In this document: positions 1 through 11,029 of the stretch, piece by piece
Layout of the letters: each line of letters starts with the position of its first letter
Numbering within the stretch: the stretch's first letter is position 1
NCBI GenBank assembly: GCA_027923505.1
Contig: BROI01000002.1
Location: 248,001-312,000, forward strand
DNA from: Mayamaea pseudoterrestris
Taxonomy: Eukaryota
Length of the DNA: 64,000 nt
Direction of reading: 5' to 3'
Program-made: the position numbers and the translations under genes
Notes under the pieces: generated by a model
Database searches by the model: none
The model's input: only the letters and a program-made list of their open reading frames with translations
Told to the model about the DNA's origin: nothing

Positions 1-1
1 C

Positions 2-1981
2 GAACGTATACTTTCCGGAAATGGCGTCGACGCCAAGTTACTAGCCGCAATCATTGAAGGCAGTTGGCAGGAAGACTTGGAGCTGCTGGAAAGGGAGCAG
101 TACCATCAAGGCATTTTGGATATGACAGGAGCCGCGCATGTTGGTTACAGCAGCACGGCCTGGGCCAATGTTGACGAAAAGCAGTCGCAAGTGGCAAAGC
201 GACAGCGTGGCAAGCAGAGTCCATATCATGTGCCAGGGGGCTGGGGACGGGGAGGACAAGCAATATGGCCCGAGCCAGAGCCGTTCTACTTGTATGTACA
301 GAATCCGGCAGAGGCTCGACTTGTTTTGACTGTCATGGATGCGGCACGGGTTGGGGATGGGAGTGCCGTGGGTTCGACGCACAAAAAGCTGACGGATCTA
401 ATTCCGCACGCCAAGCTTCGACCGGAAGAGTTGATTGACTCTGCTAAAAAGGAGATTTTGAAGCAAATTGCGGAAGGCAAGATTGAAGCATTGGATGATA
501 CATCCAAGATATTAATGGGAGCGCATGCCTGGGAGGGAAGTCTGCCATTAACGTCGAAACCTAGAAAGAAGGACAAGAATAGTCAAATCATGGCGGGCGC
601 AGCTGCTGGAGCATTTGCCGCTGGTCCGGTTGGTGCTGCAGCGGGTGCGCTCATTGGAAGCTTTTACGAAGGTCAAGTGCAGGGTCGAGTGGAACTCAAG
701 CTGCGATACCTTCCCATTCCACCCGTCAAAGTACAACGGAAACGATACAGGGTCAAGGGAGGAATGCCTGGCATCAACTGGGGAGACCTCTCAGAACGAC
801 ATTGGAAGCGCAGCAATCAAGCAGCTGGTCACCCGCTCAATGACTTGGAGCACTGTTTCTTTATCAATCATGATTCAACCGGTTGTACTTGTGCCGTTTA
901 TCGTTCCGTTGAGACTAAACTAATTGTTGTTTCGTTTCGCGGAACTTGTCAGCCAATAGACTTGCTTACGGATGCTAGCGTCGTCCAAGATGCATGGGTG
1001 GAAGGAGATGACATTAATGAGCAAGACTTTCCCAAGGTTCATGCAGGCTTTCGCAATTCGTTAAATTCTGTGGCCCGACGACTTAAAGGTCTACTTCTGG
1101 CAACGGTTGATTCTGGCGAACATATTAGCGACTACGATATGCTAGTAACAGGCCATTCTCTTGGAGGAGCACTGGCGACTCTTTTCGTTGCCGACATCGC
1201 CGAGTACGGAATCGATGCTGGTCGTGGGCTGCCGCAACTTGAGCCAGCGGAACCTTGGTGGAAATTTATTGCTGATACTGTGGCAGGAAGGGAGGCACGG
1301 AAAGACGAGGCTTTAGAACCACCTAGACCTAAAACGCTTCGGCTTTATAGTTTCGGAAGCCCTCGTGTCGGAAACAAAGCTTTTGCCGAACTATTTGATG
1401 CACTATTGGCAGAAAAGTTTATAAATCAGGCGTATCGAGTGGTTAATGACGAAGATGTCGTTGCTCGTCTGCCACGATCGATTAATGCGCTAGTGTTTGG
1501 CTATATTAACTATGAGCACTGCGGGCCCACGGTGTTGATTAGTCAACCAAAAGACTCCGCCGACTCATCTGCACCGCTCGTCTGGGTCGAAGGAGAAAGC
1601 GATGATAGTCAGTGTCCAGTGCGTGATGGAGTGGCTCTAACTAGTCCGATGGCCGAAGGGTCGCTCCTTGGTGATCTATTTCGTGCCACCGAGGAGGAGC
1701 TAAAGAACGCTGCTGCCGACAAGCAAGAATCGCTTCTTGGACGACTTGCTTCGTTCTCTGACAAGCTTTCAAAACGACTTCCGACCCTGACACCTGGCGA
1801 TATTGCTAGTGTTTTCGGTATTGAGCGATCATTTTCTGATCGGGAGATGAAGCTTATTTCAAGCTTAGTGCAAGGTAGAGGATTAGCGCATCATCTCGAG
1901 GATCAATATTATGGAGGCCTTGGACGTGCCGGCAGTTACTTGTGCGTCGTCGGTGAAGACATTGTTGAGGTAGAGATATAG
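2..1981 (+). CDS. Class-3 (fungal-type) lipase with N-terminal C2-like region; 5'-truncated by window edge
   Basis: Frame is open from base 2. Motifs VSFRGT, KVHAGF, VTGHSLGGALA (GxSxG), YSFGSPRVGN, RVVNDEDVVARLP. Confidence 0.9.
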   Translation, partial: ERILSGNGVDAKLLAAIIEGSWQEDLELLEREQYHQGILDMTGAAHVGYSSTAWANVDEKQSQVAKRQRGKQSPYHVPGGWGRGGQAIWPEPEPFYLYVQNPAEARLVLTVMDAARVGDGSAVGSTHKKLTDLIPHAKLRPEELIDSAKKEILKQIAEGKIEALDDTSKILMGAHAWEGSLPLTSKPRKKDKNSQIMAGAAAGAFAAGPVGAAAGALIGSFYEGQVQGRVELKLRYLPIPPVKVQRKRYRVKGGMPGINWGDLSERHWKRSNQAAGHPLNDLEHCFFINHDSTGCTCAVYRSVETKLIVVSFRGTCQPIDLLTDASVVQDAWVEGDDINEQDFPKVHAGFRNSLNSVARRLKGLLLATVDSGEHISDYDMLVTGHSLGGALATLFVADIAEYGIDAGRGLPQLEPAEPWWKFIADTVAGREARKDEALEPPRPKTLRLYSFGSPRVGNKAFAELFDALLAEKFINQAYRVVNDEDVVARLPRSINALVFGYINYEHCGPTVLISQPKDSADSSAPLVWVEGESDDSQCPVRDGVALTSPMAEGSLLGDLFRATEEELKNAAADKQESLLGRLASFSDKLSKRLPTLTPGDIASVFGIERSFSDREMKLISSLVQGRGLAHHLEDQYYGGLGRAGSYLCVVGEDIVEVEI

Positions 1982-2147
1982 GTAAAATGCTATAGATTAA
2001 GGTATTTTACATATGACTTGCAAATTCGGGTTGTCTGTAGATGTATCTACATGGCTACAGAGTGTGTTGCTAGCATGCATGGCGGAGTTGCTTGTAAATA
2101 TGCGAACCTAGATTTTCAATCATGGCGTACATTGATCTCATTGCCAA

Positions 2148-3458
2148 TTAATCCCAAACTCCACGCCAGTCTTCACCCAGCAAGTCAGCAAGCTCGGAGT
2201 TGTATGACTTGTAAAACGCTTTCAAATAAGTCGACGTACGGTCGCTCAGTCGATCCACCTCTTTCCCTGCCACAGATAATCCTCGCAAGCTTGGCACTGC
2301 GGGCACTGGGCTGTAAACTTTCGTGACCACAGACGTAGAAAACTCCACAACTGGCAAGCCCAGAAACTCTTGTACCTCAGTCAGTACATCAAGCAAGTGC
2401 GCTTGGCTTTTCGTCATGCGCTCTGACTGAATAACCATCAAATCAACGCCTAGCGTATAGTACTGAAGCCATTCAGAAAGCTGCGTTGCATACATGCCGG
2501 CGTAAATCGTGTTGTCCTTCATCTTTCGAAGTCGTCCTTTTTGAGGCGTCGTGGTATTTTGGACAATCTCGCGCCGTTGTGCAAAAGTCATGCTTCCGAC
2601 TGGTGCAAAGGAGTAACTGTCGTACTCATGGTTCAATAGTTGTTCGTCAAAGTCTTTCATCAACGGAGCTTTTGTTAAGCCAGCGGACCGCAGCGCTTCT
2701 ATTTCCTTGCGGATTAAAACATCAAATGACTCATCCATTGGAACACCACGCTCGTGCTCCATCTTGTAGCTCGAGTACGCCCGCTCGACTGGATTTCGCA
2801 GCACGGCAATCAGTTTAACGCTGCGCCCCAGCGTTTGGTAGACTCGATAGGCAGTTCCAACGTAGCGAATGTAGCTTGGCGTTTTCTCAAAAGCCATAAT
2901 GGGCCTCGATTTGGACAATCGCTGGTAGAGATTGAGGTTAAAGTACTCGCGCAAGTATCGCTGGCGCGTGCCGCACAAAAAAGCTGGATCCGAATACGGC
3001 TCGTCTTGTTTGGTAACGTAAAAGTCGAAAAAATGAGGTTCTTTTGGAGCCAATCTATTGGCCATGACGTTGGGATGGCGCTTCAAGATTTCCGTCAAGG
3101 CGGTCGTGCCTCCCTTTTGCGCTCCAATGACAATGAATCGAGGAAACTGAGAAGGAATTGAAACATTCTCTCCCTGCTGATTGATACAAGTGTGTACCGC
3201 AGATGAATTGAACCTATTTGTCATTGCTGCTGTAGATGGTACTGCGTACGTTGTTGTATGTAAACGACTCACTGGCTGGTGTGTTTCGTTCAGTAGCAAT
3301 GCTGTTTTTTGATCCATTGGGTACAAGCCGAGTAATGAAAGATTTCTAGTTGCGTAATTTGAACTCGTTGTAATAACTCGTAAACTGCAAAATGCTGCCG
3401 CTATAAGACAAACTCCAAAGCAAACGTTCATCAGCTGGAGATGACGGCTTGCAGCCAT
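2148..3458 (-). CDS. Type II membrane sulfotransferase (heparan sulfate 3-O/N-sulfotransferase-like)
   Basis: 5'-PSB IGAQKGGTTAL, KEPHFFD, EKTPSY, 3'-PB LRNPVERAYSSY; N-terminal hydrophobic anchor. Start placed at MAASRH. Confidence 0.85.
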   Translation of the reverse strand: MAASRHLQLMNVCFGVCLIAAAFCSLRVITTSSNYATRNLSLLGLYPMDQKTALLLNETHQPVSRLHTTTYAVPSTAAMTNRFNSSAVHTCINQQGENVSIPSQFPRFIVIGAQKGGTTALTEILKRHPNVMANRLAPKEPHFFDFYVTKQDEPYSDPAFLCGTRQRYLREYFNLNLYQRLSKSRPIMAFEKTPSYIRYVGTAYRVYQTLGRSVKLIAVLRNPVERAYSSYKMEHERGVPMDESFDVLIRKEIEALRSAGLTKAPLMKDFDEQLLNHEYDSYSFAPVGSMTFAQRREIVQNTTTPQKGRLRKMKDNTIYAGMYATQLSEWLQYYTLGVDLMVIQSERMTKSQAHLLDVLTEVQEFLGLPVVEFSTSVVTKVYSPVPAVPSLRGLSVAGKEVDRLSDRTSTYLKAFYKSYNSELADLLGEDWRGVWD

Positions 3459-3782
3459 TATTGTCGAAGGTCGCAAACTATCAGATAACCCGTCAAAATT
3501 TTTTGCAAACAGCTCGAGTCTTTGAATCCTACCATGCATTCGTTCTTCTAGGACATTATTTCCTGCGCGATGCAAAGTCTCTTTTGTCCATGGTCGTCGA
3601 GATCGGCGGATGACGGAACGATTGAATTTGAGTACCGCTTGTTGTCGCAACGTCGATCACCAGTAGAGCCGATTATAACAAGTCGCATGCATCGCACCGC
3701 ACGAAGATGGCAACCACACCAGTAGTAGCTACATGCAATTAGATATAGATATTATCATAAAATGACAACGATGAACGATCTA

Positions 3783-5959
3783 CTACTGATTCGCCTGACG
3801 CTGAGCCTCCATCGCACGAGCCTGACGAATCATTTCTTCTGCATCCTTGTCACTGATATCTTGCCCTTGAGCCTTGGCCATGGTTGTCATTGCAGCAACT
3901 TCGGCTCGAGCGCGAAGATCTTGTGCACTGACATTCTTGAAATTGGTCTTTTTAGAAGCGGCGCCAATGGCATAAAACTCGCGACCCAAAACCTTGACCG
4001 CTTCGGCTCGTTGGATGCGCGATTCCAAATCCAGCGTCTCGGCATGGTCGCGAAAAAGCTTAAAACAGACCTTATTCAAAGTTTGAGTGATATCTTGAAT
4101 GTTAATTGCCCAAGCAAGCTCCAAAAACACTGGAAGGCTTTGTTCAAATTGTTGAGTCACCTTTTCAACCGTTGCTTCATCCATTCCACTCGAGTCTAAC
4201 GTCGCAGCTTTTGTATTGTTTAGCTCTAGCGAATCTTGACCCTTCAATTGCTTCTTCTGAACTTGTTCCAACTCATTATACGCCTTCGCCCCCGCTCTTG
4301 CTGCTCCAATGCCCGTTGACAAGATCTTAAACTGGTTGCCCCACGCTTGCGACTTCTTCTTCCACTTGGCGCCCTGAGACTCAAGTCCAAGAAAGCTTGT
4401 TTGCGATCCAATGTATTCCGCCGCCTCCACTTCGAGTGCAAATCCAATGGCAGTTGCGAATACATCGCCAAACGTACCCTTCGTGATAATTGCAGCTTCT
4501 TCCTGGCACGTGCAGATGAACTCAGCCTCATCAACGGCGCCGCTCGTGTATTGCTCGACGCGGTTTCTCAGATTCATAGCAATCTCAACAATGCGTCGCC
4601 GTTGTCGCGTCTCCTCCTGAGCCGTCCGCTTGACAGCTTGTGCGTAGTGCTGCGCCAAGTCAACCTCGTGCTGATGACTGTCAGAATCAGCATCGCCACC
4701 GTCCTTGTTAATTGTCGTTTTAAAGAATTCCTCCTTCATAATCATATCCGCTTTGTTTGCAATCCATAATTCTCCGATATACGGACTGTTTAAAAAAGCG
4801 AAGCGAGAAGAGTAGCGACTGGCGTGAGACGCAAAGCCGGCGGATAAGTTTAGTTTCAACGAGCTGTCAAAGGCACACGTACCGAACTGCTTCGCTCCCA
4901 AACATGACAGCAAAGAAAATCTTGGGATCCTGTGGAAAGAATGTGCATTTTTCATCCAGAAATAGTGAGTGCGCCGTTGAACAAACAAGACAAACAAATC
5001 ATATTTTAGCACACGAGTCGCACGTACAATTTCATGGAGCTTCATTTCCTGTGCCGCCTCATCGGTCAACAATCCATGCTTGTCATAGTAGGCTCGACTT
5101 TGTTCGTTGGACAAAATCTGATAGGCTTGTGAAAGTTCCTGAAACTGCTTGTTGCTAGCTTCCATTTCCGCCACCGGTTTGCCGGCGTTGCGATCCGGAT
5201 GAACGAGACGCGACTGCTTGTAGTAGGCCTTCTTGAGCTGTACATTGTTAGCATTCGTCGAAACTTGTAGCAAGTCGTAGTACGTTCGATCAGCCACTTG
5301 TCGCTCGTTTGCCATGGCGCCGCTAGTGGATGCCGTGCCTATACTCCCACTGCCTCCTTGCTGGTACTGCAATTCCTCCGCTTCAATTTGCTGCAGCTCC
5401 TGCTCCAGCGTATAAAACTCCCAAACTCGATTCTTTTCATTCCAAATCATGCCTTTGTTGGCACTTTGAATAGCCGTTCCACTATTCGCAATGCCTCGTG
5501 TCAACTGATAGGCTCCGACGCAAACTCCAGTCACTGGAAGCGCCACTGCCCCAGCGACTCCCATTGCCAATCCAGTGACAAATCCCTTGGCGCCCTCCTG
5601 CTGCGCGCCGACAATGGGAGCCGTCACTAGCGTCGCTACGCCTCCGGCCAGTCCCTTGGTGACAGACTTGAGTCCGCTGCTTAGCCCAGCCCAGCCGTCC
5701 TTGGGTGTGCGCGTGGAAAATAGTGAATCAAATACAACTCTTTCCTAAAAGTTAAAAATCGAATGAGCTGCTGGTCACTCGCGTCATTACTAATATATTT
5801 TTGACAAGTATCGCTCGTGTCACTTACAGCTTCCAGTTCCTCCTGTAGACCCTCGTTCTGCTCCGTCGCGGCAGCGAGGGAACCAGTGATGCTGCTACCG
5901 GCAGTAGATTCGTTCAATGATGCCTTTTCGTTATCCATGCTTTTTGTTTCAGTTGTCAT
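3783..5959 (-). CDS. DnaJ protein with DnaJ-X C-terminal domain (spliced)
   Basis: J-domain YYDLLQV..LKKAYYKQSRLVHPDRN..FQELSQAYQILS. The upstream exon reads FDSLFSTRTPKDGWAGLSSGLKS. Introns near 5746-5827 and within ~4786-5025. Confidence 0.85.
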
Positions 5960-6619
5960 GAATGCTCGATCGGAGCAGCAGTACATGTGTTGGTTACTAT
6001 GCAATACTTTGTTTGTCGTGGAAGGGGAAATGCGCAAGCGTTTTGTTGCAGCAACCACGGCATGCCTTTGCGTCTCCTTCCGCGTGGTGGCGCTGCGGCA
6101 CGTTCGACATGTCGCGCTGCGACAAGGACTGAAACACATTCGCGGGGCGGGGAGGTGGTACCGGTAGGATCAATGGTTTTACAAACCCTGCAATGGCTTT
6201 TGCGCGCTCCGCGCGCACAAACACTGCCAACAGTAGGCACAGTAAATTGACCCTGGCCCTCAAGAAATGCTTATTTGTAGGATGGGTGGATGCCAACAAT
6301 ACTTGTCTATATGGAACATAAGTAGAGGCTAGAGATAGCAGTAATTGAGTGATAATCAATGGCTGGATTGAGAGCCTACCTACAGATAAGCGGGATAGCT
6401 AACAGGGTCATTATGAGGGGTCATTGCATGCGCGCAAAGCTTGACGTCTTTGTCGCAGTGGCAGCTTGCCAATTAATGTCGTGAAGCATGTTCGGATATA
6501 TCCTACGTACCACAAAAAGGCTCGTCTGATGCATCATGCATCATTCCATGACTAGAAATCCTTTATTTCAAATGCACATTTAACAAACAACATCCCCTTC
6601 ATTGGACTCTATATTATCC

Positions 6620-7250
6620 GCAAATGACCACCATACCTGATGAGGCTATGAACGGACATCAGTAGCAATCGAATGTGCTACCGCAACGACGTCGTTCACT
6701 GTTCACTTCTTCCTTGTCATATAAACCAATCAAAGTCTGCATCATACTGAGTCTTTTTATAGCTGCCATTGTGACCCGCTGCGGCCCATGGCTCAATTGA
6801 ATGGGGACTACAATTTGCTGCTGGTTCAACGGCGAAGCAACGAATCACACTGACGGACCGCGCATGGGCGAGAAAAGATGAGGAGAAAAATAATTCAAGG
6901 GAGACTGCAGCAACAAGTAGTATATGAAGGGATGATGGACCTAACTGATGCACTGCATTTATTAACTCCTGCTGGAACATTGCCTAAAATTCCAGCTCAG
7001 GCAAGTTTGATTGGCATCAAGCTCCAGTTCGCAGCAAGTATCCCTTTCCAAACCTCATTTGTTGGCGAATGACACCATGATTGTCATTGTCTTGTCGGCT
7101 CGAAGCAACTTTGAGCGACGAGCCGTGGTGCGTGAAACAAGGGCATGGAACCATGCTGTTTACTTTATTGTAGGAGCGCCAGTGTGCCGGAAGATGTTAA
7201 CATACAATACCAACTACTCAAGGAACAGGAGCAATATAGTGACATAATTA
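6620..7250 (+). pseudogene. Degraded GT31 beta-1,3-galactosyltransferase
   Basis: TM-like KVCIILSLFIAAIV at ~6730, then IVIVLSARSNFERRAVVRET(R)A..VYFIVG, then after a frameshift LLKEQEQYSDII followed by a stop. Truncated at the repeat island. Confidence 0.6.
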
Positions 7251-7344
7251 ACTCGCTGAAAAGCACTTAAACCCATGTTCGACAAGCTCTCAAAAACACT
7301 ACAGCCAATTTGACCAAAGGCAATCGCCAAATCTCATACAACGC

Positions 7345-7495
7345 TCCCAAGGAAGCAATGGAGGAACTGACTGCCAACAAGAGTGCACTCACAAAGAAAG
7401 CAACTACCAACAAGTGTGCACTCACAAAGGAAGCAACTGCCAACATGAATGCACTCACAGCGGAAGTGTATGCCAACAAGAGTGCATTCACAGAG
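7345..7495. repeat. 33-bp minisatellite (consensus ~GGAAGCAACTGCCAACAAGAGTGCACTCACAAA), resumes at ~8060-8125
   Basis: 4-5 degenerate units before the LINE fragment and about 2 after it. Confidence 0.75.
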
Positions 7496-7502
7496 TTGAC
7501 TT

Positions 7503-8060
7503 GCACCAGCGAAGGAGCCAGCCCCCGAGTGTCTGGAATGTTTAACCAAGCCGTGGTCCAATCAATACTCTCGTACAGCAGCAAATCGTGGAACATGAGT
7601 TCCCCTATGCTGAAGATGTTGCAAGGCTTCCATCACTGGGTTGCACGTTGGCTTTCGGGCCGCATGCCCCACTTCCTCCACAGGGAGGCCCGATGGGAGT
7701 ACCCACCAATTTTAGAGGCATTGGCGGTCGCCGGCCTGTTGCCGATTGAGAAGATTCTCCAATGTCATTGCAACGCAGCCGCTGACTACATCGCTACGCG
7801 GCCAATCTTTGAACTTTGCACACCAACAGGAAGGATGTCTGGCTCTTCCTGCACACAGCGGTGGTGGGAGCAGCCAGGTGTAGGCAAGGGAGATAAGTTT
7901 ACAGGGTGTGCATCGATGTTATCTCCCTTATGTGTAGGATAGTAACTAATACTTTGTAATACTACCTAGTGTCAGAGACTTGGAGGGGAGGAATTACTGT
8001 CGGGGATCGGTTATCCCAGCGACAACCCCTGCCCTCTGGAGGCCAGTTTCGAACGAATGA
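7503..8060 (+). mobile_element. 5'-truncated non-LTR retrotransposon (LINE) fragment, copy A
   Basis: EGASPRVSGMFNQAVVQSILSYSSKSWNM..LQGFHH..WEYPP..YIATRPIFELC..WWEQ resembles the post-RT region of diatom LINEs. Its 3' tail is homologous to copy B. Confidence 0.8.
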
Positions 8061-8139
8061 ACAAGAGCGCAATCACGGAGGAAGCGACTGCCAACAAGAA
8101 TGTGCTTATGGAAAAAGCAACTGATATGTTTATGACCAA

Positions 8140-9075
8140 GAGCATTAAATGGGGCTCATAGACTTATCCATTTGGGTGTGGAAGCCATCACTATGCTCTG
8201 AAACTCCGCACATTCAACAACTGGTTGAATGTGCCAGCATTTCTCCCTTTTTGACTGCAGGGATCATCATCATTGCCTGCTGAGCCCTCCAAAATTTTTC
8301 ACATTATATAAGTTGTCATGATGGGCCATAAGTTGGTCAGTTGCACTGCAGTATCCATCACCATGTATGTCATGGTGAGACTGAGCAGATCCAACAACTT
8401 GTTGGATCTGCCAGTGATGCACCTCAAGTGGCAAGTGAGACTTCCAAAATGACCACCAGACCCCATAATACAACAAACATGGACTCTTAAATTAAGTGGG
8501 GCTCATAGACTTGTCCATTTGGGTGTGGAAGTCATCACTATGCCCTGAAACTCCGCACATTCAACAACTGGTTGAATGTGCCAGCCCTGACCCTTTTTTG
8601 CTGCAGGGATCATCAGCATTGCCTGCTGAGCCCTCCAATATCTTTCACATCATTTAAGATGTCATGATGGGCCATAATTTGGTCAGTTGCAGCTCAGTAT
8701 CCATCACCACATATGCCATGGTGAGACTGAGCAGATCCAACAACTTGTTTGATCTGCCAGCGGTGCACCTCAAGTGGCAAGCGAAACTTCCAAAATGGCC
8801 ACCAGACCCCATAATACCACTAACATAGACTCTTTCATTGAATGGTTCATAGACTTATCCGTTTGGGTGTGGAAGCCATCACTATGCCCTGAAACTCTGC
8901 ACATTCAACAACTGGTTATATGTGCCAGCATTGCTCCCTTTATGGCTGCAGGGATCATCAGCATTGCCTGCTGAGCCCTCCAATATCTTTTACAGCTTGT
9001 TTGTTGTCATGATGGGCCATAAGTTGGTCAGTTGCACTGCTGTATCCATAACCATGAATGCCATGGTGAGATCCA
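8140..9075. repeat. ~347-bp tandem repeat (about 2.7 units) carrying three hairpins per unit
   Basis: Homologous GCACATTCAACAACTGGTT at 8208, 8555 and 8899. Confidence 0.9.
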
Positions 9076-9104
9076 ACAAGGGTGCACCTCAGCACCTCAA
9101 GTGG

Positions 9105-10720
9105 CATAACAAGCCATGCATACGCCCAAATCACATCAGAATAGTGCCAACATCGATATTCAGTCTGCGCTACAAGATGGTATGCCTGGTGGGTGGCTCA
9201 GTAGACTGCAATGTGATTGGTGACAGGTTGTCACCAGCTCCCAGCCCACAGATGCCTTGACAATCAAAGGCCCATACATCAAACCATGTATACACTCAAA
9301 TCATACCAGAATGGTGCCACCAGCATTATTCAGGCTGCGCTACAAGATGGTATGCCTGGCTGGTGTCTCAGTAGACTGCAATGTGATTGCTGACAACTTG
9401 TCACCAGTCTCAGCCCACACATGCCATAACAATCAAACGCTCCTACATCAATCCAAGTATACACTCATATCACACCAAATGGTGCCTATATCATTATTCA
9501 AGCTGCGCTACGACATGGTATGCCTTGCTGGTGTCTCAGGGGATGGCAATGTGACTGTGAGAGCTTGTCACCAGTTCCAGCCAGCAGATGCTTGATATTC
9601 AAATGCCTATATAACATGCCATGTCTACACCCAAATCACACCAGAATGATGCCAGCATCATTATCTACGCTGCGCTACAGGTTTGCCTGGCTGATGTCTC
9701 TGTAGACTGCAATGTGACTGGTGAAAACATCTCACCAGTCTCAGCCAGCAGCTGCCTTTACATTTCTGTATGCCAATATAGCACGCCATGTATACACCCA
9801 GATCATCGCTCAGGCTGCGCTACAAGATAACAAGAGGCATAATTCAATATGCGCTTCAAATTGGTAGCCTGTCGGGTGTTTTAGTAGACTGCAATTTGTT
9901 TGGTGACAAGTTGTCATCAGTCTCAGCCCGCAGATGCCTCGTCATTCCATTGCCCATATAACATGCCATGTATACACACAAATAACACCATAACGGGGCC
10001 AACATCATTATTTAGTCTGCGCTATAGTCTCAGCAAGCAGCAGCCATGCCTTTTAAATGTTCATCCCTTATGCCATATGAATGCCCATTTCAAACCATAA
10101 TGGTGCTAACATCGTTGTTTCAGGTTCGCTATAGGATAAAATGACTGGCTAGTGTCTCAGTAGACTACAAGGTGATTGATTGGTTATAACTTGTCATCAG
10201 TCTCAGGCAGCAGCTGCAAGCAATGCTTTTCATATGCCCATCCCTTGAGCCATGTGTATGCCCAAATCATGCCAGAATGGTGCTTACATCCTGATTTACG
10301 GTGCGCTTCAAAATAAGATGACTGGCTGGTGTCTCAGTAGACTGCAATGTGATTGGTGATACCTTGTCACCAGTCTCAGCCAGCAGCTGCAAGTCATGCC
10401 TTCCAGATGCCCATCCCTAGAGCCATATATTTGCCCAAATCAAGCTAGAATGGTGTGACATCCTTATTTCAGTTGCGCCAAAAGATAAATCGACTGGCTG
10501 GTACCTCCTCATACTGCAATGTGACCGGTGAAAAAAGTCACAAGTCTCAGCCAGCAGCTGCCGTGCCTTTCAAATGCAAATCCGTTGAGCCATGTGAACA
10601 TTCAAATTAAGCCAGAATTGTTTTAAGATCCTTCTTTTAGATGCGCTGCAAAAAACGTTGACTGGCTGGTGTCCCCGCGGACGAAAATGTGATTGATGAT
10701 ATCTAGTCAACAGTCTCAGC
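9105..10720. repeat. ~170-180-bp degenerate satellite (about 9 units)
   Basis: Recurring CTGCGCTACAAGATG..CTGGCTGGTGTCTCAGTAGACTGCAATGTGA..GGTGACAACTTGTCACCAGTCTCAGCC, anchored near 9201, 9371, 9541, 9702, 9883, 10160, 10337, 10511 and 10678. Confidence 0.9.
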
Positions 10721-11029
10721 GATTTTCTCGTTTGTTCAAAAACATCAATTGACTCTTAGGTATTGAATGACTAAACTGAGATGTATAAAACATTGAGTCA
10801 TGAACGGTAGCGCGTGAATTTTGTTTCGTTTCATTTAAACGTGTTAAGGTAAATATCATGTCCTTGCATCAGAGAAGCTCCCGCATCTAGAAATATCCGT
10901 GCACAGGGGTCTCTAGTTATGCTGAACCGTAACCAACCATGCCCAGTCGTTCATTTGACGGATTTCTGTGTCATGCTGTGTCATATTGTTGATTTTGTTA
11001 CAAGTTTTTAAGCATGCACAATCTTATTC

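Noticed and set aside
8140..9075. CRISPR array (27-nt palindromic repeats)
   Set aside because: The intervening sequences are ~145 bp and are themselves repeated rather than unique spacers; there are no cas genes and the context is eukaryotic.
8270..10100. Short ORFs within the satellites as repeat proteins
   Set aside because: Unit lengths are not consistently multiples of 3, frames break between units, and no domain is recognisable.
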